Below, piece by piece: positions 29,071-38,135 of a stretch of DNA of 60,053 nt (positions within the stretch are counted from its first letter, which is position 1; every line of letters starts with the position of its first letter). Below the pieces are notes generated by a model. It had not been told where the DNA came from and made no database searches. It was given only the letters and a program-made list of their open reading frames with translations. The DNA is taken from contig JBKOWM010000056.1 in assembly GCA_046724395.1 (NCBI GenBank), forward strand, positions 1 to 60,053, given 5' to 3'. This stretch comes from Actinomycetota bacterium (GTDB taxonomy: Bacteria; Actinomycetota; UBA4738; HRBIN12). The position numbers and the translations under genes were made by a program.

Positions 29071-29101
29071 TAGTTCGGTCGCGACACGGACGCTGTTCGC
29101 G

Positions 29102-30028
29102 TCAGGTCGACACCGCGGCGCGCGCGGCGAGCGACACGAGTGGCTCCGCGTCGGCGCGGATCCGATCGGCCTCGCAGAGGCGCTCGAGCCAGGCCGAAGG
29201 AAGGCCGTCGACGCCGACGAACGCACCCAACAACGCCCCGGCGACGGCGGCGTTGCTGTCGGCATCGCCGCCGAGCGCGACAACGTGTCGGAGCGCCGGC
29301 TCGAACTCGTCGAACGCGAGCAGCGCGTGGAACGCTGCCGCGGTCGTGAACAGGCAGAAGCCCTGGTCAGGACCGTCGATCGGCCGCGACCGGCCGACCT
29401 GCTCCACGAGGAACTCAAGCTCCTCCCCGCCCGGGCGCTGCAGGGCGGCACCGAGACCTTCCTCGGCGGCCACGCTCCTCGACTCGCCGCGAACGAGCGC
29501 GGCGACGGCGAGCGTCATCGCGAGAACCGAGGTTCGGCAACGCTCGTCGTAGTGCGTGATCGCGGAGAGGTCGCCGGCGAGGACGGGCAGATCGTGGCGA
29601 CGGTTCGCATACGCTAGGCCGAGCGGCGCGCAGTACATGACGGACCCGTTGCCCGCCGAGACCTCGGGCCCGCGTTCTTGCCATACGGCCCGGGCGGCGT
29701 CGAAGGCGTTCTCACCGGCGGTCACACGTTTCAACACGCGCCGGGTAACCGTCCCGACGTCCGGAGGGTCCGCCGCGAACCATTCGACATGCCGTCGAAC
29801 GATGTCCGCCGCGTCGAACCCGCCGCGCTCGGCGAGGCTCCGGCAGAGATTGCGGGCCATCGCCGTGTCGTCCGTCGTCGAACCGGGTGGCAGATCGAGC
29901 CACGGCAGCTCGAGGGCGGGAATCGGGTCGGGAATGTTGCGAGCTCGAAGGAACTCGAACGGAGCGCCGAGCGCGTCGCCGAGTGCGAGCCCGAGGACGC
30001 CGCCGACGACGCGGTCGCGCACGTTCAT
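29102..30028 (-). CDS. ADP-ribosylglycohydrolase family protein
   Basis: GDALGAPFE, TTDDT, GNGSVM, GGDADSN. Confidence 0.93.
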   Translation of the reverse strand: MNVRDRVVGGVLGLALGDALGAPFEFLRARNIPDPIPALELPWLDLPPGSTTDDTAMARNLCRSLAERGGFDAADIVRRHVEWFAADPPDVGTVTRRVLKRVTAGENAFDAARAVWQERGPEVSAGNGSVMYCAPLGLAYANRRHDLPVLAGDLSAITHYDERCRTSVLAMTLAVAALVRGESRSVAAEEGLGAALQRPGGEELEFLVEQVGRSRPIDGPDQGFCLFTTAAAFHALLAFDEFEPALRHVVALGGDADSNAAVAGALLGAFVGVDGLPSAWLERLCEADRIRADAEPLVSLAARAAVST

Positions 30029-30123
30029 TCGAGCGCGATGGTACCGGCTCACCCCCCGATCGACGGCGGACCCCCCGGCCGAGCGGGGCGGCGCGCCGAT
30101 CCATTGGTAGGCTTGGGCACCGC

Positions 30124-30726
30124 ATGGACAAAGTCGGACCCCGTCATCGCATGTGCCGTCGCGTCGGCGCCCCGCTCTGCGGGCGGCCGAACTGCCCGGC
30201 CAACAAGCGCCCTTATCCACCCGGGCAACACGGCCGCGGTCGAAAGCGTCTGTCGGAGTATCAGGTCCGTCTGCTCGAGAAGCAGAAGCTTCGGGCGATC
30301 TACGGCGTCGGCGAGCGCCAGATGCGGATCTACTACGACCGCGCCAACCGGGGTATGGGCGTCACCGGCGAGGAGCTGATCCGCCAGCTCGAGACGCGGC
30401 TGGACTCGATCGTGCTGCGTCTCGGGTTCGCCCTCACGCAGCGGCAGGCCCGCCAGCTCGTCTCCCACGGCCACGTGCTCGTCGAGGGCAAGCGCGTCGA
30501 CGTCCCGAGCGCGCAGGTCAGGCCGGGGCAGACCGTCGAGGTCTCCGCCAAGGGCAAGAACTTCGTCGGCGTCCGCGAGGCCCTCGAGCTCACGCCGGAC
30601 CCGCCCGTCTACCTCTATCGGAACAGGGACGAGCTCAAGGGGACGCTGTCGAGGCGCCCCGAACGTGACGAGGTTCCGTTGCCGGTTCCCGTCGAGGAGC
30701 GCCTCATCATCGAGTTCTACTCATAG
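30124..30726 (+). CDS. rpsD: 30S ribosomal protein S4, outside the alpha operon
   Basis: PYPPGQHG, SEYQVRLLEKQK, LETRLD, ARQLVSHGH, VDVPS, IIEFYS. Confidence 0.96.
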   Translation: MDKVGPRHRMCRRVGAPLCGRPNCPANKRPYPPGQHGRGRKRLSEYQVRLLEKQKLRAIYGVGERQMRIYYDRANRGMGVTGEELIRQLETRLDSIVLRLGFALTQRQARQLVSHGHVLVEGKRVDVPSAQVRPGQTVEVSAKGKNFVGVREALELTPDPPVYLYRNRDELKGTLSRRPERDEVPLPVPVEERLIIEFYS

Positions 30727-30792
30727 AGCCTCGTCGACGTCGCAAGCCCACTGCGGGCCGTTCGGTCAAGCCGGTTTGCATATGATCCCGCA

Positions 30793-31488
30793 GTGGCTGA
30801 ACTCCGTCGGCGCGAACGGTCCCGGCGAGAAAGGCCGAGGCCGCCGTCGCCGCCCGATCTTCCCGACACGGCCTCCCTGGAGCTACACGCGTCGATGCCG
30901 GCCGCGCTCGGCGGCGTCGAGCTCAGGGAGCTCCGTCTGTCCAACGTGGACGCCGCTGGTCGAGACGCCACGGCTCTGCAGCTCGTCGATTCACGGGTCG
31001 AGGGCGGCGATCTGGCCAAAGCCGTGCTCCGCCGAGCCCGGCTCAGGGACGTCACGATCCTGGGCGGCAGCTGGGCGAACGTGGACCTGACCGAGGCGAC
31101 GCTGACGAGGGTCGAGGTGCGCGGCGTGCGGATGACGGGCGCCACGCTTGCCGCGGCGAAGCTGACCGACGTCGTCTTCTCGGACTGTCGCATCGATCTC
31201 GCATCGTTGCGATTCTGTGCGCTGGCGGCTGTTCGGTTCGACGGCTGCCGCATGGACGACATCGACCTGTACGGCGCGCGCCTGTCGTCCGTCGTGTTCG
31301 ACTCCTGCTCGCTGGTGCGCGGAACATTCACAGAGGCAACCTTCGTCGGGTGCGAAATGCGGGGATGCGACCTCGACGGAGTCGTCGGCGCGCAGCGGCT
31401 GCGCGGCGTCGCGATGAGCTGGCAGGACGTCGTCGGCAACGCTTCGACGTTCGCCGCGGCGATCGGTATCCGCCTGCTGGAGGACTGA
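30793..31488 (+). CDS. Pentapeptide repeat protein
   Basis: Repeating A(D/N)Lxx-like units; C-terminal FAAAIGI. Confidence 0.88.
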   Translation: MAELRRRERSRRERPRPPSPPDLPDTASLELHASMPAALGGVELRELRLSNVDAAGRDATALQLVDSRVEGGDLAKAVLRRARLRDVTILGGSWANVDLTEATLTRVEVRGVRMTGATLAAAKLTDVVFSDCRIDLASLRFCALAAVRFDGCRMDDIDLYGARLSSVVFDSCSLVRGTFTEATFVGCEMRGCDLDGVVGAQRLRGVAMSWQDVVGNASTFAAAIGIRLLED

Positions 31489-31542
31489 CGGGGATTCTCG
31501 GGACGCGTCCGACCCCACGCCGAGGCCGGCGCCGCCGTCCGC

Positions 31543-32262
31543 TCATCCCGTTTGCGTGAACGTCCGATACAACACTTCGGCCTGACGGCGAGACCGAGCG
31601 ACAGACCGGGCGCGATACCCACCCCGGAGCGCGGCTTTCCGAGCCTCCTTCTCCTCGGTCGGGCGGCCTCGGCCGAGCTCGGCGGCGCCGCCCTCCGCCA
31701 GATTCGTGTTGGCGTCCCACCGATCCAGCTCCACACGGACGGCTCGCTCGTTCTCGTCGGTCGGCTCGTACGGCACGAAACCGGTCCCGAACCGCTCGTT
31801 GATGCGCCGAATGACGGCGCCGAAATCGGACGTGACCTCATCGAAGCGCGCGACGGCGAACCGGTCCCGATACGGAACGAGCGGCCGGTAGAAGCGGACG
31901 TACCCACGGAGCGCCTGACCGATCGTGAGCGACGGCCACCGGATCACGTACGAGAGCACGGACTCCTCCGGCGGCCGGATAAGGACGAGCGACGGCGTCG
32001 CCATCTCGGCTGCGGCGATGACCGCACCGGCCGCGTGCACATGGTGCGCGATGCTCACGACCCGGGGCTGAGCTTGTTGAAACGCGATGACGGCGAACGT
32101 GTTCCCACTCCGCAGGAATCCCTCGATGCAGATCTCGGTGGCGCGAGTGGGAAACTCGCCCGTCCGGAAGCGCCGCGCCATCGACGGCCACCTGCCGAGG
32201 ATCGTCCGCATCTCTCGTCGAGCGCGGTACGACAACACGGAGAGCTGTGCGGTCGTCGCCAC
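31543..32262 (-). CDS. Sulfotransferase-fold hypothetical protein
   Basis: EGFLRSGNT resembles the 5'-PSB loop; IRPPEESVLSY resembles the 3'-PB motif; start uncertain. Confidence 0.6.
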   Translation of the reverse strand: MATTAQLSVLSYRARREMRTILGRWPSMARRFRTGEFPTRATEICIEGFLRSGNTFAVIAFQQAQPRVVSIAHHVHAAGAVIAAAEMATPSLVLIRPPEESVLSYVIRWPSLTIGQALRGYVRFYRPLVPYRDRFAVARFDEVTSDFGAVIRRINERFGTGFVPYEPTDENERAVRVELDRWDANTNLAEGGAAELGRGRPTEEKEARKAALRGGYRARSVARSRRQAEVLYRTFTQTG

Positions 32263-32275
32263 GGCCGAGCGGTCG

Positions 32276-32860
32276 TCAGGCCGGCGGCGGAGTCCCCGCC
32301 ACGGCGGCGAGTACCGCGTCGAGTTTCCGCTCGAGCCGCTCCACGTCGCCGGACGACGCGTCTCTCGCCGCCTGCTCCAGGTCGACCACGATCGCGCCCG
32401 TCGGATACAGGAGCGCGCTCTTGACCTGCTTCACGTTCTCCGCGCCCTGCCGGCGGATCGCGACCTCGAGGTCGATCCGACGGACCCCGAGTCGACGCAT
32501 CTCCGCCCCGACGAAGTCGCCGTTCTCGGCCAGGCGCACTTCCCTGCCTTCGATGGCGTCATCGATGCGATTGCGACGCCGCAGGACGCGAACGACGAAC
32601 TCGTTCGATGCGATGAGCGCGATCGCACCGATGAGGCCGCCGAGCAGCGAGTTGTCGGGGCCGATGATCGCGTTTTGGACGACGTTGCTCAGCAGGAGCA
32701 GCACGACGAGGTCAAACGAGTTCAGCTGCGCCGCCGTGCGCCGCCCGAACAGCCGAAGCAGCAGGAAGATGAACATGTACACGATGAACGTCCGGGCGAT
32801 CTTGTCGGGAATCGGAATGCCGATCGACAGCAAGCGGTCGACGATGGACGCGGCGAGCAC
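32276..32860 (-). CDS. DUF421/YetF membrane protein
   Basis: LRLFGRRTAAQLNSFDLVVLLLLSNVVQNA. Confidence 0.9.
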   Translation of the reverse strand: MLAASIVDRLLSIGIPIPDKIARTFIVYMFIFLLLRLFGRRTAAQLNSFDLVVLLLLSNVVQNAIIGPDNSLLGGLIGAIALIASNEFVVRVLRRRNRIDDAIEGREVRLAENGDFVGAEMRRLGVRRIDLEVAIRRQGAENVKQVKSALLYPTGAIVVDLEQAARDASSGDVERLERKLDAVLAAVAGTPPPA

Positions 32861-32914
32861 GTAACCACCCCCTTCACGGATGTCGAATGCGCGACGGTAG
32901 CCCCGGCGGCCGTC

Positions 32915-33682
32915 TCAGAGAGCGCCCTTCCGGAGCTTCCAGATGTTCTCGCCGGGGTAGGACCGCGCCCAGTCGAGCGGCGCGTAGTCGGTATACGTGG
33001 TCGTCGCCCCCTCGGGCGGCCGGAGTTCGATGAGATCCTCGACCACGAACCCGCACGACACAAACAGCCGGATCCAGCCGCCGTACGTCAGCTGCCACTC
33101 GACCCAACGGTCCTCGCCGTCGACCCGCTCGTCACGGCCGAGCTCGAAATACGAACGCCGGAGCTCGCGGCCCGGCGGCGCGTCGTCGTCTCCCCAGCAG
33201 GTCCAGATGTACGGCGTCGAGATGTTGAAGACGAACCGCCCGCCAGGTCGAAGCACGCGCGCGACCTCGGGGACCGTTCGGGTGGGATCCGTGAACGACG
33301 TTGCGCCGTGGTCGCAGAAGGCCAGGTCGAAGCTCTCGTCGGCGAACGGTAGCTCCTCCGCGTTCCCGCGTACCAGCGGGAACCGACCGTCGCGATGTTC
33401 GATGTTTCGAACGGCGTGCCGGAGCTGATTCTCGGAGAAGTCGATCCCGATGACGCGAGCGCCGCGCGCGGCGACGCGAAGCCCGAGCTGCGCGCCGCCG
33501 CACCCTAGCTCGAGCGCGAGGACGCCGTGGACGTCGCCGAGGGCGTGGAGGTCGCCCTCGGGGACATCCCAGATTCCCCAGGCGAGCACCTCTCGACCGA
33601 GCTGCTCGCGGTTGCGAGCCTGGTAGCCGTCGCTCTCGCTCTCCCACGACGCGAGATTTACGCGGACGTCGTCGCGACTCAC
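32915..33682 (-). CDS. Class I SAM-dependent methyltransferase
   Basis: LELGCGGA, GIDFS, LPFADESFD, RVLRPGG. Confidence 0.92.
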   Translation of the reverse strand: MSRDDVRVNLASWESESDGYQARNREQLGREVLAWGIWDVPEGDLHALGDVHGVLALELGCGGAQLGLRVAARGARVIGIDFSENQLRHAVRNIEHRDGRFPLVRGNAEELPFADESFDLAFCDHGATSFTDPTRTVPEVARVLRPGGRFVFNISTPYIWTCWGDDDAPPGRELRRSYFELGRDERVDGEDRWVEWQLTYGGWIRLFVSCGFVVEDLIELRPPEGATTTYTDYAPLDWARSYPGENIWKLRKGAL

Positions 33683-33786
33683 GTCGGGAGCCTACCCGCC
33701 GATCGAACCCCCAGCGCCGCGCGGCTGGGGGCAAAGCTCGACCCATGCGAACGCTCTGCTGGTCGCGCACGACGCGGCTCGGAGGA

Positions 33787-34203
33787 TCAGGAACGTTCGG
33801 CTCGCTCGACGAGGGCGGAGAGTACCTCCGGGAAGTCGCCGCTCGCTTCGGGGCCGATCTGCGGTCCGAGCGTGTCGGCCTGGGGTCCGGTGATCTCCAT
33901 CGCGTACGTGACGCGCGAGCGGTCGCCTTCTCGTCCCACGCGGTGCGTCGTCCGCACGATGACGTCTCCGAAATCGGCCTCGTCTACGAAGATGTCGGGC
34001 TCCGCCGCCTCCGCGATGCGCAGCTGGATCGGGTCCTGCCCGGACTGAAACATCGTGATCGTGCTGCCAACCGCGAACGGTCCCGCGAGCTCCGCCCGCT
34101 CAAGACCCGCGTTCCATTCGGGCCAGCGTCCAACGTCCGACCAGACTCGCCAGATGGCCTCAGGCATCGCAGTCGTCTCGATGGTGCGCTCGTTCCTCCA
34201 CAA
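33787..34203 (-). CDS. SRPBCC (polyketide cyclase/START-like) protein
   Basis: IWRVWSDVGRWPEWN; GGAGG RBS before TTG. Confidence 0.85.
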   Translation of the reverse strand: MWRNERTIETTAMPEAIWRVWSDVGRWPEWNAGLERAELAGPFAVGSTITMFQSGQDPIQLRIAEAAEPDIFVDEADFGDVIVRTTHRVGREGDRSRVTYAMEITGPQADTLGPQIGPEASGDFPEVLSALVERAERS

Positions 34204-34274
34204 GTTGGCCTCCCATCAGGTATGCGGGCCGACTCGACACTAGCCGCAGCGCCCTTATACGGGAAACGAACCGG

Positions 34275-34322
34275 TTGACATTCCCGTTCATATTCCTGTT
34301 CATATTCCTGTTTCATATTTCG
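34275..34322. repeat. AT-rich 12-bp tandem repeat (about 4 units)
   Basis: TTGACATTCCCG / TTCATATTCCTG / TTCATATTCCTG / TTTCATATTTCG. Confidence 0.8.
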
Positions 34323-34783
34323 GCGTTCGCTCGCCGACGTGCTTCCTCGCGATCGACGCCGAGCTCGTCGAGGACGTCGACTGCGGGGTCTGGACGATGC
34401 GCCGCGAGCAGGGCGGTGACGAGATGGCGCATCTCGACGCGGCTCCGCCGCTCGGCTCGGGCCAGGCGGACGGCGCGCGCCAGCGTCGACCGCGCGCCGG
34501 CGGTCAGCGGAAGGCGGCGACCCCCCGCTGGTGAGGGGATCAGCTCGATCGGGCCGAGATCGACGCCGACCGAGGCGAGCGCGGCGCGGTCGAGCCGATC
34601 GGCGGCTGTCCGAGCAGCACCGAGATCCGTCCCGAGGATTGAGATCGCCTCGGACGTCGGATCGTGAAGCGTCGCGAGCAGAAGGTCCTGCGTCCCCGTG
34701 CGGCCCGCGGCGCGCCTGCGCGCCTCCGCGGCCGCGACATTCAGCACCGCGCGGCGGACATCCAGTCCAAGCCGAACGGTCAT
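34313..34783 (-). CDS. Stand-alone Clp N-terminal (Clp repeat) domain protein
   Basis: Two repeats: A..EARR...GTQDLLLA and LPLT.GAR.L..A...HLVTALL...LDELGVD. Confidence 0.85.
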   Translation of the reverse strand: MTVRLGLDVRRAVLNVAAAEARRRAAGRTGTQDLLLATLHDPTSEAISILGTDLGAARTAADRLDRAALASVGVDLGPIELIPSPAGGRRLPLTAGARSTLARAVRLARAERRSRVEMRHLVTALLAAHRPDPAVDVLDELGVDREEARRRANAEI

Positions 34784-34992
34784 CGAGTTCTCCGTCGTCC
34801 GAACCTCGCGTGCACGGACTGGCGCGAGACGCCTAGCGCGTCACCGATCTGATCCCAGGACCAGCCGCGGACTCGAGCGAGCTGGACGGATCGGGCCTCG
34901 ACCTGATCCGCGAGCCGCCGCAGCGCCGCAACGGCCCGGAATCCGACCGAGGGATCGTCCGAAGCGATCATCGTCGCGACGCCGTCGCTCAT
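34780..34992 (-). CDS. Small HTH DNA-binding protein (ClpC2 N-terminal-like)
   Basis: ARVRGWSWDQIGDALGVSRQSVHARF; ATGA overlap with the Clp-N gene. Confidence 0.87.
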   Translation of the reverse strand: MSDGVATMIASDDPSVGFRAVAALRRLADQVEARSVQLARVRGWSWDQIGDALGVSRQSVHARFGRRRTR

Positions 34993-34994
34993 GG

Positions 34995-35039
34995 TGTCAA
35001 GCTACATTGACAAACTTAATGTGTCAAGGCAGACTGACA
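34995..35039. promoter_or_regulatory. Twin palindromic operators over the HTH/Clp-N promoter
   Basis: TGTCAA-N6-TTGACA (34995-35012) and TGTCAA-N6-CTGACA (35022-35039); minus-strand TTGACA -35 and TAGCTT -10 lie inside them. Confidence 0.75.
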
Positions 35040-35054
35040 CCATGCAGACCAGAT

Positions 35055-35654
35055 TCACCCCGATTCCGGACCGCTTTCGAGGGCGCCGAGCGTCCGGAGG
35101 AGAAGCTCTCGCAGTCGCTCACGATCGCGCTCGTTGAGGCCCCGCAACAACTCCTCGTTCGCACGCTCGGCGGCGGCCGTCCGAACGGCCAACGCACGCC
35201 GTCCGGCGGGCGTAAGGTCGACTCGATACCTCCGACGATCGCGTTCGTCCCGCGTTCGCTCGACGAAGCCAACGTCCTCCAGCCAATCGACGAACGAGAC
35301 CAGGTCGCTCGGGTCGATTCGAAGCCGGCGGCTGATGTCGCGCTGGCTCGCCGCACCGAACTCGTCGATGGCGGCGAGGACCGCGAGGTGGGGAAACCTC
35401 ATCTGCTCCTCGGCGGTCGTCGCCGCGGCCGATCGCTCCTGCCCGATCCGGAACATCTCGCGCATCAGCAGGAACATCGCGGCCGATGGAAGCCGCAGGA
35501 GCGATCTGGGGTACTCGGGCGCGGGACCTTCCCCGGCGGGCGGCATCCTGAAGCCGGAGCGCGCTCGCCGACCGAGCGACGGCGGGCTCGGCACCCTTCC
35601 GCTCGAAGGCGAGCGAGCCCTACGACGCCGACCCGCGCCGCCATTGACGTCCAT
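35055..35654 (-). CDS. MarR family regulator (start uncertain)
   Basis: SQRDISRRLRIDPSDLV..VDWLE..GFVER..DRRRYRVDLTPAG. Confidence 0.88.
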   Translation of the reverse strand: MDVNGGAGRRRRARSPSSGRVPSPPSLGRRARSGFRMPPAGEGPAPEYPRSLLRLPSAAMFLLMREMFRIGQERSAAATTAEEQMRFPHLAVLAAIDEFGAASQRDISRRLRIDPSDLVSFVDWLEDVGFVERTRDERDRRRYRVDLTPAGRRALAVRTAAAERANEELLRGLNERDRERLRELLLRTLGALESGPESG

Positions 35655-35704
35655 CGGACGCGATCCTATCGTTGACTGGGCCCATGATTTACCATGCCAA
35701 CGAT
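35644..35704 (+). promoter_or_regulatory. ABC exporter promoter with inverted repeat (putative MarR operator)
   Basis: TTGACG-N17-TATCGT; ATCGTTG (35668-74) ... CAACGAT (35698-704). Confidence 0.45.
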
Positions 35705-36709
35705 CCCGACGCCAGCGGTGCGACGGCCGTCGCCGATGAAGCCGTCATCGAGGCCGACGGGCTTCGCAAGCGATTCGGTCAGATCGAGGCCGTCGCCGGG
35801 GTCGATCTCGAGGTTCACCGTGGCGAGACGTTCGGATTCCTCGGACCCAACGGCGCGGGAAAGACGACGACCATCAACATGCTCTGCACCCTGATCCGTC
35901 CGAGCGAAGGGACCGCCACGGTCGCCGGGTTCGACGTCGTTCGGCAGCGCGACGCGGTGCGGCGCAGCATCGGGCTGGTCTTCCAGGACACCACGCTCGA
36001 CTCGTACCTCTCCGCGGAGCGCAACCTCCGCTTCCACGCCGAGCTCTACGGCGTTCCGCGCGACGAGGTCGACGAACGCATCCGGCAGGTCCTGGAGATC
36101 GTTGGGCTTTGGGATCGCAAGGACAGCAAGGTCCTCGAGTATTCCGGCGGCATGATGCGACGGCTCGAGATCGCCCGTGGGCTGGTGCACTATCCGCGCG
36201 TCCTGTTCCTCGACGAGCCGACGATCGGCCTCGACCCGCAGACGCGATCGCACATCTGGACCTACATCAACGAGTTGAAGCGTCGCGAGGACATCACGAT
36301 CTTCCTCACGACGCATTACATGGACGAGGCTGAGAACTGCGACCGCATCGCGATCATCGACAACGGCCGGATCGTCGCCCTCGATACACCCGAGGCGCTC
36401 AAGGCGAGCATCGGCAAGGACCGCGTACAGATCCAGACGACAGACGACGCCACCGCGATCGCGAGGCTGCGTGACCGGTTCGCGATCGACGCGAGCATCC
36501 ACGAGGGATCCGTCACCTTCGCCGTTGAATCGGGCGAGCAGTTCGTCCCAAGGTTGTTCGCCGACCTCGGGGTCACGATCGCATCGGTTCGCGTCTCGCG
36601 TCCAACGCTGGACGACGTGTTCATGTCCTACACCGGCAAGACCATCCGCGATGCCGAGGCCGTGAATCCTCTCAAGGCGATGGCGAGGGCCTGGCGCGGG
36701 AGGCGATGA
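35684..36709 (+). CDS. DrrA-like ABC exporter ATPase
   Basis: GPNGAGKTT, YSGGMMRRLEIA, LFLDEPT, TTHYMDEA. Confidence 0.93.
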   Translation: MIYHANDPDASGATAVADEAVIEADGLRKRFGQIEAVAGVDLEVHRGETFGFLGPNGAGKTTTINMLCTLIRPSEGTATVAGFDVVRQRDAVRRSIGLVFQDTTLDSYLSAERNLRFHAELYGVPRDEVDERIRQVLEIVGLWDRKDSKVLEYSGGMMRRLEIARGLVHYPRVLFLDEPTIGLDPQTRSHIWTYINELKRREDITIFLTTHYMDEAENCDRIAIIDNGRIVALDTPEALKASIGKDRVQIQTTDDATAIARLRDRFAIDASIHEGSVTFAVESGEQFVPRLFADLGVTIASVRVSRPTLDDVFMSYTGKTIRDAEAVNPLKAMARAWRGRR

Positions 36710-37596
36710 ACATGGCGACCGAGGCCGTCCAACGACGGGACCCCCAATCGCAGCAGGCGCGGGTCTCCGTCGCGCGACGCGCTATCGTCCACGACCTCCG
36801 GGGGGTGCGGATCGTGTGGGAGCGCGAGATGCTCCGGTTCTGGCAGGACCGATCGCGACTCATCGTCTCTTTGCTGCAGCCCGTGCTGTTCCTGTTCGTC
36901 CTCGGGACGGGTCTGTCGAGCCTCGTCTCCGCCGGGACAGGGGGGTTGTCCCTGCGGACGTTCCTGTTCCCCGGAGTGCTGGCGATGTCGACCATGTTCA
37001 CCGCTCTGTTCTCGGCGGCCTCGCTCGTCTGGGACCGCGAGTTCGGGTTCCTTCGCGAAATGCTCGTCGCGCCGGTGAGCCGGGCCGCCATCATGATCGG
37101 GAAGGCGCTCGGCGGCGCGTGCGTCGCCACGATTCCCGGCCTCGTCATCCTCGCGCTCGCGGGGGCTGTGGGAGTCCCCTACAGCCCCGTGCTGATGGCG
37201 ACGCTCGTCCTCGAGCTGTTCCTGCTGTCGTTCGTGCTCACCTCCGTCGGCCTGATCTTCGCCGGGCGGACGAAGCAGATTCAGACGTTCATGTCGACAA
37301 CGCAACTGTTCCTGCTCCCGATGCTGTTCCTCTCCGGCGCGATGTTTCCGCTCTCCAACCTGCCTGCGTGGCTCCACACGCTCACGCGAATCAACCCGCT
37401 CACATACGCCGTCGATCCGATGCGTCGCGCCGTCTTCGAGCGCCTGGACGTCTCCGCCGCGACGGTCCACACCCTCAGCCCCGGCGTGACGTGGGGATCG
37501 TGGACGATGCCGATCCTGCTCGAGCTCTTGGTCGTCGTCGGCATCGGGCTCGCCCTTCTGGGCGTCGCGATCGCCGAGTTCAGCCGGACCGAGTAA
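36706..37596 (+). CDS. ABC-2 exporter permease
   Basis: DREFGFLREMLVAPV, LSGAMFP, NPLTYAVD. Confidence 0.93.
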   Translation: MNMATEAVQRRDPQSQQARVSVARRAIVHDLRGVRIVWEREMLRFWQDRSRLIVSLLQPVLFLFVLGTGLSSLVSAGTGGLSLRTFLFPGVLAMSTMFTALFSAASLVWDREFGFLREMLVAPVSRAAIMIGKALGGACVATIPGLVILALAGAVGVPYSPVLMATLVLELFLLSFVLTSVGLIFAGRTKQIQTFMSTTQLFLLPMLFLSGAMFPLSNLPAWLHTLTRINPLTYAVDPMRRAVFERLDVSAATVHTLSPGVTWGSWTMPILLELLVVVGIGLALLGVAIAEFSRTE

Positions 37597-37651
37597 CGCC
37601 CGCCGGCCGCCTTACACCGGCCGCCTCACAACGCCCGCCCGCCGGCCGCGT

Positions 37652-38065
37652 CTACGCCGCCCGCTCCAGCACGATGACGGGGATCTCGCGCTTGGTCCTC
37701 TGCTCATATTCGGCAAAGGCGTGATTGCGCCGCTTTTGCTCCTGCCAGATCGCGTCCCGCTCCGCTCCTGTCGCCAGATGGGCGCGCACGGGAACCGTCT
37801 CGGTCCCGACCTCGATGGTCGCATCCGGATTCGCGAGCACGTTGTAGACCCAGTCGGGGTTCGTCGGCGCGCCCCCCTTCGAGCCGAAGATGGCGTACCC
37901 CTCATCGAGCCCGAGGTACGCCAGCGGATTGACGCGCTCGATGCCCGTCCTTGCGCCACGGTGGTGGAGCAGCAGCAGCGGCTGCCGCGCGAACGCGGCG
38001 ACGCGTCCGCCGTTCGCGCGGAATTCCTCGATCACGCTCTGGTTCCAGTCCCGGCGTTCGGCCAT
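37652..38065 (-). CDS. Deazaflavin (F420H2)-dependent nitroreductase family protein
   Basis: NQSVIEEFRANGG, GARTG, SKGGAPTNPDW.YN, REIPV. Confidence 0.92.
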   Translation of the reverse strand: MAERRDWNQSVIEEFRANGGRVAAFARQPLLLLHHRGARTGIERVNPLAYLGLDEGYAIFGSKGGAPTNPDWVYNVLANPDATIEVGTETVPVRAHLATGAERDAIWQEQKRRNHAFAEYEQRTKREIPVIVLERAA

Positions 38066-38135
38066 CGATCCGTCCTCCTTGCGTGGTCATCAGCGGCGAA
38101 GCGAGCGTAACGGCCTGGCGGTCGAACACGTCGGG

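Noticed and set aside
34275-34322. CRISPR array
   Set aside because: Units are 12 bp, contiguous and have no spacers; no cas genes. The Cas4-like domains belong to AdnAB
37597-37651. Short imperfect direct repeats (AACGCCCGCC.., CCGGCCGCCT) between convergent genes; similar at 54170-54197
   Set aside because: Short, low-complexity GC repeats, most likely local slippage
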